Positions 24,651-38,218 of a stretch of DNA of 64,000 nt are shown here, piece after piece; the stretch's first letter is position 1; every line of letters begins with the position of its first letter. The notes beneath the pieces are model-generated. The model did no database searches. It was not told the origin of the DNA and worked only from the letters and a program-made list of their open reading frames with translations. Position numbers and translations under genes: made by a program. Source of the stretch: Octopus bimaculoides (Eukaryota); contig NC_068981.1 in the NCBI RefSeq assembly GCF_001194135.2, positions 38,016,263-38,080,262 of the forward strand, in the 5' to 3' direction.

Positions 24651-25277
24651 TAGACACATTATTTAATCTGAAGCTCAAAAATTTCTCCTAACTCACTAAA
24701 CTTAACGATTTTATATGAATAATGATTTTTTTCTGCTTTTTGTGGGGGCTTACTGCCATGGAAAGACTTCTGTAGTAAATATATCATAATGAAACATATT
24801 TTCTAAGTCGACACTAGCAGCACTGTGTTATTACTCACATGCGCTTCTTAAATAATCACCCAATTCATAACCATTGAAGCTATATCTTGCTTCATTTCAG
24901 TGATCTAACAGGAAGAAAAGGTAATGTTTTCAACATTAATTGACACAAATTTTATTTCAAGAAAACATTAAAAAATGTAAAATTTTCTATGAGCTGTCAG
25001 ATGTTAATAAAGTGAGATCTATCAATACATACAATCATACATACATACATACATACATACATGCATGCTTACATACATACATACGTACATACATATATGT
25101 GCATATGTATTTGTGTATATAAATGTGTGTGTGTATATATATATGTATGTGTGTATATTTTATATATATATATAAAATATACACACATACATATACACAT
25201 GTATATATAATGCATATATATATCATCTATCTATCTGTCTGTCTGTCTCACTCTCTCTCTCTTTCTCTCTCTCCCGC

Positions 25278-25324
<47 letters not shown>

Positions 25325-26287
25325 TTGCATGTATATATATGTGTGTGTGTATGTGCATATATATATATGTGTGTGTGTGTGTATACATATGTACATATAT
25401 ACATATGTGTGTACATACACACACTCATACTCATATGTAATATGTGTGTCTACATGAAATCCAGTTGAATTCCAGCTTTATAGTTAGAAAAACTTTCACC
25501 GAATATGACAATTTCTCTAAAACCACTTTTATTCAGTGAGAGAATTTATTTCATGTCAATTCATGGTAAACTGCTCCTGTTCAAATCTTTGCAATTGTGA
25601 GATAATGGAAACCAGACTCTGGAACATACAGTTATGATAATTTGATGTTCAATATGTGGACAGATGTCAGCTAAGAAACAAGTAATACATTGCAAGTACA
25701 GTAGACCTATCCTATATTTTTATGTCACTTGAAAAGATTGGGACATAAATTTCTCATGTAAATCTAGATAGAGATATGATCAAATGCTTTGCTTCAGTGA
25801 CTATCTTTTTATCTTACAATAATAATTATATGTTCAACAGTTTTGCAACTGGTTTGGAATATTGATTCTGCAACTTATTGAAAGTATGGAAGGAGAAATA
25901 TTTAATGTAATCTCAGACAACTGGGAGTGTTATGGGTATGTTTCCAATATAATGTACTATCCTATTAATATTATAACTTCTTGAAAAATAAGTAAAATGC
26001 TCATGTTTTGACTGACTAAATTATGGAAATTAGGGATAAGATCTATTGTCTGCATAATAGTTCAGTAATAAAATTCAGAATATATGAGATCTAGTAACAA
26101 AAGAATCCTCACAATATACAACATGGAAGATTTAGAACACTGAGATAGATGTTTACTTGCTATAGAACAGTGATTTAATTTTCAGAATTGAATTGTCTGA
26201 TTAGATTAACAACTCTTTTCTGAAAGTTGCACACTAATATGAATGTGTGTATGTATGTATGGATCTATCTATATATCTGTCTGTACT

Positions 26288-26338
<51 letters not shown>

Positions 26339-26890
26339 NNNNNNNNNNNNNNNNNNNNNNNNNNNNNNNNNNNNNNNNNNNNNNNNNNNNNNNNNNNNNN
26401 NNNNNNNNNNNNNNNNNNNNNNNNNNNNNNNNNNNNNNNNNNNNNNNNNNNNNNNNNNNNNNNNNNNNNNNNNNNNNNNNNNNNNNNNNNNNNNNNNNNN
26501 NNNNNNNNNNNNNNNNNNNNNNNNNNNNNNNNNNNNNNNNNNNNNNNNNNNNNNNNNNNNNNNNNNNNNNNNNNNNNNNNNNNNNNNNNNNNNNNNNNNN
26601 NNNNNNNNNNNNNNNNNNNNNNNNNNNNNNNNNNNNNNNNNNNNNNNNNNNNNNNNNNNNNNNNNNNNNNNNNNNNNNNNNNNNNNNNNNNNNNNNNNNN
26701 NNNNNNNNNNNNNNNNNNNNNNNNNNNNNNNNNNNNNNNNNNNNNNNNNNNNATAGTAGTGTACAAATTATTTGAATTTATACACTGAGATCTTTATTAA
26801 TGACGAGGTCTTTCAAGTAAAAGGTGGCTATAAGAGAAATCCAGTGGAGTTGATATGGAAACAGTGATGCAAGTAATCATGATTAGATTT

Positions 26891-26943
<53 letters not shown>

Positions 26944-26959
26944 ATATATATTTGACAGG

Positions 26960-27145
26960 AATGACAACAAAAGAAAGAAAGAGACCTCGATATTATGCAA
27001 ATAGAGGAATTTATCTGTAAAATTATGTGACACTTATTCAGTAGCCATGACAAAACTCCGAGTTTCGGATGCCAGGGTAGGTGGGGGGCACTCCAACATC
27101 TCTTCAGTTATCCAGCCACTGGAAATTCCTTTGAAAAATGACCGT
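26960..27145 (-). mobile_element. Penelope-like pseudo-LTR / retrozyme-like repeat
   Basis: CpG-retaining GC island carrying the hammerhead below; class assignment inferred from the ribozyme type. Confidence 0.5.
27049..27112 (-). ncRNA. Type I hammerhead ribozyme candidate
   Basis: GAUAA CUGAAGA GAUG-(25 nt)-CAUC C GAAA CUCGGAG U U UUGUC: stem I GAUAA/UUGUC, intact core, stem II GAUG/CAUC with one bulged C, quasi-palindromic helix III ACUCGGAGU, GUU cleavage triplet. Confidence 0.7.
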
Positions 27146-27444
27146 TTATATGCCCCATTATTTGACTATTTTCTTTAGTCATTGCATGGTGATCACTTAT
27201 AAGCTTTAAGCTTATAAAATACTATTATTATTATTTACGGAATTGTAAAAATCGACACTGCTGAACAAAACCATCACAGTGAAAGCATATATATATATAT
27301 ATAGATATATAAGTGTATATAGTTGAAAAGTGGTTAAGAGTTCATACAAATCGAAAATTATAGTTAAAAGGGTAAATAAAGTTGGAAAAGACACAGAAGT
27401 ATATTTTAGAGAATGTTTAATAAAATATAACCAGTTTTGATATA

Positions 27445-27555
27445 TTGATCTCTTTTCTGTTACATCTTCAGTGTTTATTGCCCCTGTGTATCTGCCACAC
27501 ACAAAAACTATTTTCTTAGTTAACCTCCTTTGATTTTGCTGCACCGTTTTTGTCT
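27445..27555 (-). mobile_element. RTE (PHD family) internal fragment
   Basis: KRCSKIKGGLTKKIVFVCGRYTGAINTEDV, homologous to the 23011 ORF. Confidence 0.8.
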
Positions 27556-28394
27556 CTATAGCTTACAGACTATTAATTCTGCCATGAAGGGAAACCACAG
27601 GGCTTTCAGATTTCAAGATATAGCCGCACCAGATCATCACAAATCCTCTTCCATATTTAACAGTTGGAAGAAGGCAGTCTGGGTCAAATACTTCTTTTAG
27701 CTGTCTCCACATGTATACTCGGAAATAGGGTACAGAATGATTCATCCGAGAAAATAACATTCTTCTACTGCTCTAGGGAAAATTCTGTTGGTTTTTACTC
27801 TACTCTAAATGCTTTGCAACGTTTGTTTTTGAAAGTAGTGGTTTTCTGGGTTTGCAGCCCTCCCATGAGATCTGGCTTTGTGCAGCTCCCAGCGAACAGT
27901 TTTTGTAGAAACTGGGTTCTCAATGTAGTCATTAAGCTCTGCAGTAATTTTGGGAGCTGTACTTTTGTAATCCTTTCTAATAATTCGCGTAAGAGTCTGA
28001 TGGTCCCTATCTGAAAGTATTGGTTTTCTTCCAGAGTTTTTCTTCGATGAGGAGGTTTTTCCCTCTTTCTCAAAGGTTGTCATTACTTTCGAGACAGTAC
28101 TTCTTGATACACAAAACATTTCGACTGTTTTCATTACGCTAGTGCCTGCCATATGAACACCAACAAATTGACCTCTTTCAAAGTCCGATAGATCTATCAT
28201 TTTAATGAATTTTAATTACCTCTTGCTAATGATATTTGAAAAAAAAAAAAACAGCAATTTTAGCAGAACATATTAAGCGACACTAATAATAAATCAAAAA
28301 ACATTAAAATAAACAGGCTTTTGACAGTTTTATAGATATTTCAAAATTATGATGCTATGATGTTAGGTGTTTCCATTATTTTGTCCAACCCCTG
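27556..28394 (-). mobile_element. Tc1-like DNA transposon, 3'-truncated, one TIR
   Basis: ORF 28200-27805 MIDLSDFERGQFVG..VSRSTVSKV..SGRKPILSDRD (HTH), frameshifted VWR..DPDCLLPTVKYGRGFVMIW; TIR CAGGGGTTGGACAAAATAATGGAAACACC at 28366-28394 followed by TA. Confidence 0.92.
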
Positions 28395-28612
28395 TATATA
28401 TATACTTACATACAAACATACATACATATATATGTATATATATATGTATCTATATATAAATTATATCTGTGTATATAATCCACTTTCTCTTCCTCCTCCC
28501 CCTCTTCCTCCTCCTCCTTCTCATCGCTTAGCATCTATCTTCCATGCAGGACCAGGTACTAAAACTACCCTAGTCTACTGTGTCTCCTTTGGCAAGGATT
28601 TTNNNNNNNNNN

Positions 28613-28654
<42 letters not shown>

Positions 28655-28799
28655 TCACACACATATACTTATATATAAAATGACAGTGGCTAGATGCAAT
28701 AGAAACCAAATTTATGTATATATATATGTATCTATATATAAATTATATCTGTGTATATAATCCACTTTCTCTTCCTCCTCCCCCTCTTCCTCCTCCTCC

Positions 28800-28952
28800 T
28801 TCTCATCGCTTAGCATCTATCTTCCATGCAGGACCAGGTACTAAAACTACCCTAGTCTACTGTGTCTCCTTTGGCAAGGATTTTACAGCTGGATGCTTTT
28901 CTTAACATCAACCACTCTGCAGAGTGAACTCATTGCTTTTTACATGGCACTA
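28800..28952 (-). mobile_element. RTE 3' tail fragment
   Basis: CATCTATCTTCCATGC...TTTTACAGCTGGATGCTTTTCTTAACATCAACCACTCTG; partly duplicated at 28518-28602. Confidence 0.65.
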
Positions 28953-29587
28953 GCACAGGCAAAGTTACTGTGTGTGTGTGTATGTATGCGTGTGTGTGTA
29001 TTTATATATAAACTCACATATAAAACAAACAGGCAGAATTGATGAAATGTTTAATGTCCCTTTTTTGTGAGATTGTGCTCTGATTTCAGGGCCACTTTTG
29101 CAGTCTACCTTCCCATATATGCACATACAGATGTAGACACAAGGGCACCTTAGCCAACAGAGGCCCCTTAACATGTATATGTATATAGATAATGACATAT
29201 GTTGACTTACTGTGTAATAATTTTAAGACTCAAGCTCTTACTGAGGTTATACGAATTTTATAAGCAAAATATTATGAATGTAATCTATTTCACTTCCATT
29301 TACCATTGATGCACTCAGAATTAATCCTGCTCCCTTAGGCATACACTTTGTGAAGTTAGAATCTGTTTATACGATAAATTGCTAAATCTGTTTTCAATTT
29401 TCTCTGTAAGAATGTTCTAAAACAAAATATATGTATAGAATGAAAAATAAAATTTCATGGTGAAAGTTTGCAATTTTAAAACCTTAAAACTTGTTACATT
29501 TTAATATAAAGTCATTTCAAGGTGTTTCTAGTATAATTACAAAGTAAGTCAATGCAATGTAATAAAGTACAAATCTGTGATAATAAT

Positions 29588-29802
29588 GATTTCAAATTTT
29601 GGCACAAAGTCAGTAATTTTGGGGGAGGGGTAGGTTGATTATTTCAACTTCGCTGCTCAACTGGTACTTATTTTATTAACCCCAAAAGGATGAATGGCAA
29701 AGTCGACCTCAGCAGAATTTGAACTCAGAATGTAAAGACAAACAATGTGTCACTAAGCATGTTGCCCAGTGTGCTAACATTTCTGTTTGCTCACTGCCAT
29801 AA
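29588..29802 (-). mobile_element. SINE family C
   Basis: TTTCAAATTTTGGCACAAAG...CAACTGGTACTTATTTT..AAAGTCGACCTCAGCAGAATTTGAACTCAGAATG. Confidence 0.85.
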
Positions 29803-30929
29803 AATCTAAGATAATACTGAAATACATGACATTTACCAGTTGTTAGAGCTTCAAGTGGAAAGCTTTTCAGCATTTATTCTGATAGCCAGTGCTTGGAGTT
29901 CAATTCCTACGAAGACCAACTTTATTTGCATACTTTTGGAGTTGATTCAAAAAGTACCAATCTAGGCCAGTGGATTGGTAGAAATATAAAAACATCACAT
30001 GCAATGCTTTGCAGAATTTATCCCAGCAAATATATGAAACAAATATCGAGTTCAAATCCCAATGTGGCCGACTTGAATGATAGACTTAATCTGTCACTAC
30101 ATTTACCATCAACAACTTGCACATTTTTACACTTATTATTGAAGTGCTGGGGTTGTTTTAATCCTGCAAAGATTTCTGGTACTGTGCCTATATAAGAAAC
30201 CATTATTAATTTACAATATTTTTCTTTAGAGATATGATGACACTAGTACCATTTATTTTTTACATCAGTTGGTATCTCAAGGTAGTCACATTGGCTATGA
30301 TGATAATCTTATATAACTACTTGTGTATATTATTTATACCAGATATTCATTCACATATGACTAATTTGGCAAATGCAGAAAAGGCTATACTTCGGAGAGG
30401 AGGTGTAATAAAATTTGAAACTTGTCTGAAGTTGTCACCCATACATGCCAAGATCAGATTAAAACATTATTGTTATTTGGTTAATGCTTTTCTTCTCTTC
30501 ACCACATGAATATTATTTAATTAATTCATTGCTTTCTATGTTAGATATAATGGCCCTAACTTGACTATACATTTTATTTATGTGTATATTCTATATTAAA
30601 AATCCTAACTTGAAGCTTTTGTAGATGGCTTGGCTGTTGCAAGTATTTTTATTCCTAAATAGGGAAATTATGATGGATTTCACCTTTCAGAAATGTCAAA
30701 TTATGCAATTGATATTATTTGGAATGATATAATTCTACTCATGAGTTTTACATTTGCGTCTTTTGTCCATTCAATCACACACGATGAAAAAAAATGCAAT
30801 TAGTTCTAGAGTTGTATAAAAGAATTTCATATCATAAGATAGGCATGGTTATTTCAAACATTTTAACACATAAGGAATCTTATATTAGATTGAGAGAGAA
30901 AGAAAGAGAGAGAAAGGAAAATGGGGGAC

Positions 30930-30961
<32 letters not shown>

Positions 30962-32817
30962 TGGAAAGAGATGGAGACAGTGAGAAACTGAAAGAGAAAA
31001 AGCCAAAGAGAAATAAGGGAGACACAAAAATAAAGCAAAAATATCTGCACTTATAAGCATAATCAATTATAATAACTAAAAGAACAAATATAGTATTTAT
31101 GAATATTCTCGAGGCTGTTCATGCATGCATTCATATAGAGATACATTTATTTTCCTAGAGGTAGAAAAATATAACTATATAAAGATCTACATGAGCCAAG
31201 GTTTAAACACGTATGCACATTCATGCTTAAATATAGTACACATAAAAATTTGCTCAATATGGATGTAATTTATGCACACACAGATACATGCATGCATACA
31301 TATATACATACAGACAGACAGACAGACAGACACACACACACACACACATACACACACACACACACACATTGAATAATAACTTGTGAATGGAATTTGGCTA
31401 ACAGAAATTGTGCAGAAACTCATCATCTACACGTCAATCTATCAAATCATGAGTATGTGTGAGTGTGTGTGTGTGTGTGTATTTTGTTTCATATACACAC
31501 ATATGTATATGTTACTAAGAATTTTTCACACTGGTAAATTTACACTAAAATCAAAACAATAAAATGCTATGAGGTCTCTATTACGTGAAGGGAATGGAAA
31601 ATTTACGTTTTTGCCAAGACATGCTACCGGTTTCACTTGTCAAGAGACTATGGTCATGCAAATAGAAAGTGGGAATTAAACTGAAATAAATTAATCCTTC
31701 ATGACAGCAGTTTTGAAAGTCCATCTCTGCTTCTTACAAAATTTACATGGTAGTTGTTAGGTCATAATCATAGTAGCAGTGGTGGTGGTCAATTGTTACT
31801 AAGGGTGAGAAAAGTTTATAGTGGCATTGACAGTAGTAGTAGCTGTGACAATCGTAATGGTTGTAGTAGTAGTCAGTCAGAGAAGTAGTAGTGACTGCAT
31901 CAATATCAGTAGTTTCAGCAATAGCAGCTCATGCAATAGTATTGGTAACTATGGCTGCAGCTGAAGGAGTTGGCTGTAGCAGTGGTCGTAGTACTAACAT
32001 CAACAGCCATAGTGGTGATAACAGTAGTTAGTGGTTAAGAAGTTGTCAATATATCTTTATGAATGTTTTACTCTTGATGCATTGCTATTCCAATGGGCTA
32101 TCAGTAAACTGACACAAGGAAAATATCGTCAAAATATCGTTGCTCTCACATATTTCCCTATTTCATTTCTATTCCGATCAATAATCAAGATCGATAAATA
32201 ATTAGAAATTATAACCAATTAGATCAATCATAAACTGCATCATCAGTTAGTACAGTGAAATATGGTATTTCATCCCATCTTTTAATGATGCAATCCATGG
32301 TCGATCTAATTGATTAAAATTTCTAACTATTCATCAGTCACTGAAACGATCATAATGGAAATGAAATAAATGAAATACTAACATTTCGCTTCCTCTTATT
32401 TTCTTACTACACATGCTCTTCATACTAATTAATAACGTTATAATCTATACATTTTCTTTCACTGAATCCAGTTACAGTAAGAGTTTCATGTGAATGCTAT
32501 TCAGATTCAAAGCCTTCTAAAGAAATACGTCATGCTCCTAGCACAGCTACTTTCAATCACACACACACACACACACATGCTAATAACTGTTCTCTGAACA
32601 TTATGTGTCTAAAAAAACTAGTTTACAAGGCTAGTATCACAGATATGGATCTGACCATAAGAACCTACATTGGACTCACACAAAATACTTTCAAGGGAAG
32701 ATGCACGTAGCACTTGGTGTTTTTAGAGATAGGAATAAAGGACATAAATATCTTTTTCTAATGTGGTATAGAACCTTGAAGACAGGAGCATGAACAACTC
32801 CCATATAAATTGGAGCA

Positions 32818-32861
32818 TTATAGGCCAGCAAGCACAAAGGACAAGGCAGCAGATGCAAGCT
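32818..32861 (-). CDS. Candidate terminal coding exon (E)LASAALSFVLAGL*
   Basis: Acceptor ttctaatctctctgtgatacag with CTAAT branch motif; phase-1 start joins 39990-39949; TAA at 32820-32818. Confidence 0.35.
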
Positions 32862-33295
32862 CTGTATCACAGAGAGATTAGAAATCATAATTTTGACAAG
32901 GAACACTTTGAAAATTAGAAAAGAAACCGTCTCCTTTTCCTATACAAATAGCAATTTAAACTACAAATTTCAAGCATGGCCATCTCGTCCATCTAACTAC
33001 CTATCCAACTAGAATAAATTTAAGATGTAATGTCAAGATTGATTTTATGCACAATAAGCATTATAGACATATACTCCCAAGAACTTGTGCTAGTTTTCTG
33101 ACCTACAGAGATAATGTATAGCAAACACATAATATATATACAAGCATCAAACGGTTTGCAAATTATATTTTATGAACTTACAATTTCATGGACTAATATA
33201 CGTTCAAATCTTGTGGAAACCTCATAATTGATAAGATACATATGTACATATAGCCACGAAATTTTGGCATTTATCACTTTTTACTTGCATTAGTC

Positions 33296-33339
<44 letters not shown>

Positions 33340-33344
<5 letters not shown>

Positions 33345-33548
33345 ATAAATAATGCAAAATGGGACAAGGACGCAAAACATCCAGACAGATGATACACGAA
33401 AGGGATAAAACATTCAGATAGACGATACAAAGAAAACGCAGACAGGTCATTCAGAGTTTTCTCTCTTCAGTCGAGATCCAGATTATCTTTGCAATTTTGG
33501 CTGGTTATTCTCGATATTGCTCCAATCTGGCCAGCCCCAAGGAAAAAC
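33340..33548 (-). mobile_element. Penelope-like pseudo-LTR relic with broken hammerhead
   Basis: Minus CTGAAGA GAG AAAA CTC TGAAT at 33470-33449; GAAA degenerate. Confidence 0.45.
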
Positions 33549-34329
33549 TATGCATGAGTGTTCTTGTATAATGCAGTTAATCTGTGTTAAACACAAATAC
33601 TTGCAGAAAGAAAAACAAGGTCAATGCAAGGAAAAGGACAATTAAAGAAGTCCCTAAAAGAATCGTCTCCATTTTTTTCTGTATCTCTTAATGTTGAAGT
33701 CTTGTATAATTGTGTGTAATCTCAAGTAGTCCCATCCCAAACGGACTCAAATAGCAACATTCTTCAGGAGAACACTTGAAGAATTATGAATTTTTTTCCA
33801 CATGAAACAATCAGTGGTGATATTTATTCACAAATATTATCAAACAAATGCCTTATTGAATGTATGTGAATATATATGTTCACACGTACATATATGTTCA
33901 TGCTCACACATACACACACATTAATATAAGAGATGCTAAGTTCTAATGTTATAAAGGGACAAAACTTGAAGTCCAAGTCAATCCAGCATACTTATGTATG
34001 TGTGTGTGTGTATGTGTGTGTGCACATGCATGTGTCTGCATGTGTGTAATTTTGGTGTTTATATTTTTCATGTGATACATGATAACTGCAAAGTGTATAA
34101 TAAATGTTTTATTTTTAATCCCTCAACTTCAAAACCTAAGCAATTCGCTTAATTCAATTAAAAAATTATCCACCACTGGGAAACTTACCAAAATAATTTA
34201 GTTATATCTCAATGTTGCTTCTAAAGAACCATACTGCTTTTTGTTTTTTTGGCCTGTTAATATCACTGCCACCACCACAACTACCACCACCACCACTATC
34301 CCCATCATCATTGTCACTATCATTGTCGT

Positions 34330-34356
34330 CATCATCATCTATCATCGTCGTCATCG

Positions 34357-34402
<46 letters not shown>

Positions 34403-34600
34403 TTTAAGTCTATTTCCCCTAATGGCAAGGTTTATATGATACAACAGAATCTGAATCAGTTCTTATCGGGGCTAAAGCCCTCCAAGAAAAGTTATAAGAT
34501 TATATCTTGTTCAAACATCTGAGTTTCATCATGATTACTATAGCTGGATGCCCTCGCTAACAACAACGATGTGAGTATTGTTCTTAGTCACTGGCACTCA
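34330..34600 (-). mobile_element. RTE-type 3' tail with long (CAT)n
   Basis: (CAT)n at about 34330-34401, then TTTTAAGTCTATTT...TATAGCTGGATGCCCTCGCTAAC. Confidence 0.5.
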
Positions 34601-35727
34601 GCAAGACTAAAGTGTTCTCTCAACTCTGCACTCACTCCACTTAATTTACCTCTCACTTCACAGGCCACATTGGGTTTGACACTGCAATTAAGCAAAATTA
34701 TTATTCTTGCTTCTGTATTCTTTTTTTGAACCCTACTTCATTCTTCGATTACAAGAATTATATGCATATAAAAGATTTTTCCATATTTCCCATAAAACTT
34801 GAGAAGTCTATGTCTATATGGATAAATGTCATTGAATTAGGTAATATATTTTTTCCTATATCATTATATTCACACTGCACAAATACATAGAATTTTCAAA
34901 GACTCATAATGTGACTGAAGGAATTATTATTATTATTATTTTAAAGAAATCATTATTATTTTATTATTGCATATCCATTTAAATTTGGTACACTTTGAAA
35001 TTATTAAAGAATTAATCAAAATTGTTTTCATCTGTTTTAGCATATTTCTTGCTGCTACTTACACACAAATTTGAAACGTTCCAAGTTGTATAAGAAAATA
35101 ATGAATAATACATTCAAATAGCCATACATCATGTTGATCAATAACATATTACCTGATCGTGTTTTTGATTGAAAAGATTTTAATTTTTCATAATTTAAAA
35201 TACAAAGACATATATGAAATTATTTTAATTCACATAAACAATTTCAGAATTGAAACAACTGTAGCAGTTAAGTGAACAGAATATCAATAGCTAATAGCAC
35301 ACACTATGAAGTAATAATATTTTTTTTTAAATTCACTTAGTTAAATATAATATATGAAATTAAGCTGCTATAATTTAGAATAAACTCATAATAATTCAGA
35401 CTAGTTCTTAAAATTGGATTTCAGATTTGCATATTGAGAGCAATTATTTTAAAGAGAAATTACATAATAATGCCATCCAATGCAATATAATTTTCTAGAA
35501 AATTTTCCACATGATTTTGTCAGGAGGTGGAGATTTATCATTATTTAATGTCTGCGTCAAATTTAAACTCTTTTTTATGCCACCTTGCACATTCCTTGTG
35601 TTATTATAAAAATTATCGTAAGAATAAGTGAACAAACCAGCATAGTCTAGACCAGCCACGGGTAAACTATGACCGACAGGATTTCTGAATTGCTTTGAAT
35701 TTTCTCTAGTTGTGAGGCAGACGTTAA

Positions 35728-35781
<54 letters not shown>
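35728..35781 (+). repeat. (GAT)n microsatellite, LINE-tail derived
   Basis: Preceded by CAGACGTTAA, the RTE terminal motif. Confidence 0.9.
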
Positions 35782-38084
35782 TGTGGTCCATCTGATGATG
35801 AGCCATGTCTCATACAGCTAATTTCTCAAAAAAAGGTTGCCCATGTCTGCTTTGACCTGTTCTAGAGTCATAGAATTAAGATTCCACGTTATGTCCCCAT
35901 TTCACTTTGGTGTCTCTGGTTAAATCAAATTCAATGCAAAGTCAATTAAGAGGTTTCCATTTTCTTCACATATTAAGTTGTTATTTAGAATCTTGTTGAA
36001 TTGGTTTCTGTGGCAGCGATGTACATATCATGGCTCCCTCTTCACTTTCTCTTTTAGTTTTAGAAGTCTTTTGGAAATAGTCATAGGATTTTTAATTTCT
36101 GACTAAGCCATAAAAATAAGTAAAACAAAATGCTTTTATTGTTAGTGGTTGGGAAAGAATCCAGATATAAAAACAGTTGCTTTGCTTTGGAAATATATTA
36201 TGGTACAGACTTTAAAAATACTATCTAGCAAACACTAATACAATAGAAACAGATATTGAATTGTGAAACAAACTTCTAGGAAATAAATCAGATTCAGATT
36301 TAAATGCTTTCTTACTGAATCAAAACTTTTAATGACTCATTTTCATTTTCCTCTATACTTGACATTACCCTATACTTCACATTACATATCACTCACATTA
36401 AACAGAGTGATCAACAAGACACTTTAAAAGTCTGCACATTTGATAAGAAGCTAGTACCAACTGATGTCAAATATACCAAACACTTTGTTCCATCTTGTGG
36501 ACTTAAAAGTGTTTAAGTTATCGCCCATGCATTCCTTTTCCCAGACAGATTGATATCAATTCTATTTGTCACTACCTTAAAAACTAATCTGCTATATTAT
36601 TGCATGATTAACAAAGAATCTGTACATTTTCCAATCATCTTCTCCCATCTTTACTGAATAGTCTATCACCAATTCTGTCAAGTTACATGTTCAACTCATC
36701 ACTTACTATCTTCTCTCATCAATTGCTTTCTTAAGCTTATCAGTTTAAAAGTAGCATTTCCATCAAGAACTCTTCAACTGTAAATTGGTGAAACATATCA
36801 ACTTCCACCACACTAAATTGGCGGAAATTTTCTTATCTCTCAAACAGACATACATGCACTCACATCAAATGCATACACACATACACAAACACATACACAC
36901 ACACAAATGCACACACATGCATACACATACAGCATTACAAAATACAATATTGTAAATAACTGAAAAATGCATATATGTGCACATTAAATATAATCTTTCC
37001 AGCCCCAGGTCAGCAGTTTTTAATTAAACCAAATGTACACCTCTATGTGTTACATTTCACCAGATCTAAATGTGAAGTTTCTAGCTAGCAACATACGTCA
37101 CCATGATATAACAGTGAATTTAAATTGGTGGCTCTGTCACTAATTAATGAGTAACACACATATATTACACATTTGAAATTTATGTTGCCAGTTATTAACT
37201 TTTCTGTGAGTTAATTTATTGGTGCAGACTCTATTTATGGTTTGAAGGGGCAATTAGAATCTGATTGAATATTATACGTGGACATATGCTGTTTGTTGCT
37301 GATATACTGCATATACTTAATGTATTTTCACAGCTTGCTAAATTAAGCAGTTTGTCAGCTTTTCAGAGACCTGACACCACTTTTTCAACAATTTGTCACA
37401 TAATATTAACTAACAGAGCAGTGAATTTAGTTCTTTCATACAAGAAGATTATCTTCTTGAAGCAAATAACTATGGTCTTGAACCAATTTCCTTACATCTC
37501 ATGGACAATAACATTATCTATGGTATATTCCATGAATTAAAATCAAATGTATCTAAAACAATTCGATAAGGCTATACTTTTAGGCTTTCATAAAGGAACA
37601 GACATAGACAGAAAATTCACATTATCTAGTTTGGAAAATATTTGATATCATCAACATTGTTTTAACATCAACTTTTCCATGCTTGCATGGGTCAGACAGA
37701 ATTCCTTGAAGCAGTTTTTCTATGGCTGAATGCCCTTCCTGTTACCAATTATTGCCCGTTTCCAAGTAATTTATTGGTGCAGACTAAATTTAATATTGAT
37801 TAATTTACTTTAGTGACCTGAACACTACATTCAAGCAATGTTTTAAACTGCTAAAATAATAAGGGTAGTGATATAAGATGCTGCTGTAGCTCCTTGTTGA
37901 TTTGATAGGAATTATGTTGTTGAACTTCATAAAATAGTTATTCATGGTAAATTGATATATTCATTAGAGTGTCAGTTTTGATTTCCATCTTTTCAGGATT
38001 GATATAACATCAGGGTTGTTTCCCGCCTATCTATTAAAGAAGGCGAAAGCACTTTCACACAAATGGCATAACTTCCACCTATGA

Positions 38085-38218
38085 AGTTCACTCACAAAAT
38101 TTTGTTTGGCTTGAGGCTATAGCAGAAGACACTTGCCCAAACTGCCAAAGAGAGAGCCTTAAACTGAAATTATGTGGTTGACAAGCAACCTTTCTAATCA
38201 CACAGCCATGCCTGCTGT
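38085..38218 (-). mobile_element. SINE family B head
   Basis: TTCACTCACAAAAT...GAGGCTATAGCAGAAGACACTTGCCCAA...CACACAGCCATGCCTGC. Confidence 0.75.

Noticed and set aside
28431-28884. 172-bp direct duplication (28431-28602 and 28713-28884)
   Set aside because: Copies look identical and the first ends exactly at a 10-N gap; most likely an unmerged contig overlap
30343-30402. Plus-strand 60-nt exon candidate DIHSHMTNLANAEKAILRRG
   Set aside because: Weak donor (GTGTAA), no partner exons, no recognisable motif
31760-32035. Thr/Ser-rich mucin-like stretch on the minus strand
   Set aside because: Degenerate (AGT)/(GGT)/(AGC) trinucleotide repeat with stops and no long ORF
34202-34522. Poly-His, poly-Met, poly-Ile and poly-Asp ORFs (also at 8818, 11085, 35495, 55057, 55832 and 61190)
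   Set aside because: Translations of (GAT)n/(CAT)n LINE tails and (TAA)n tracts
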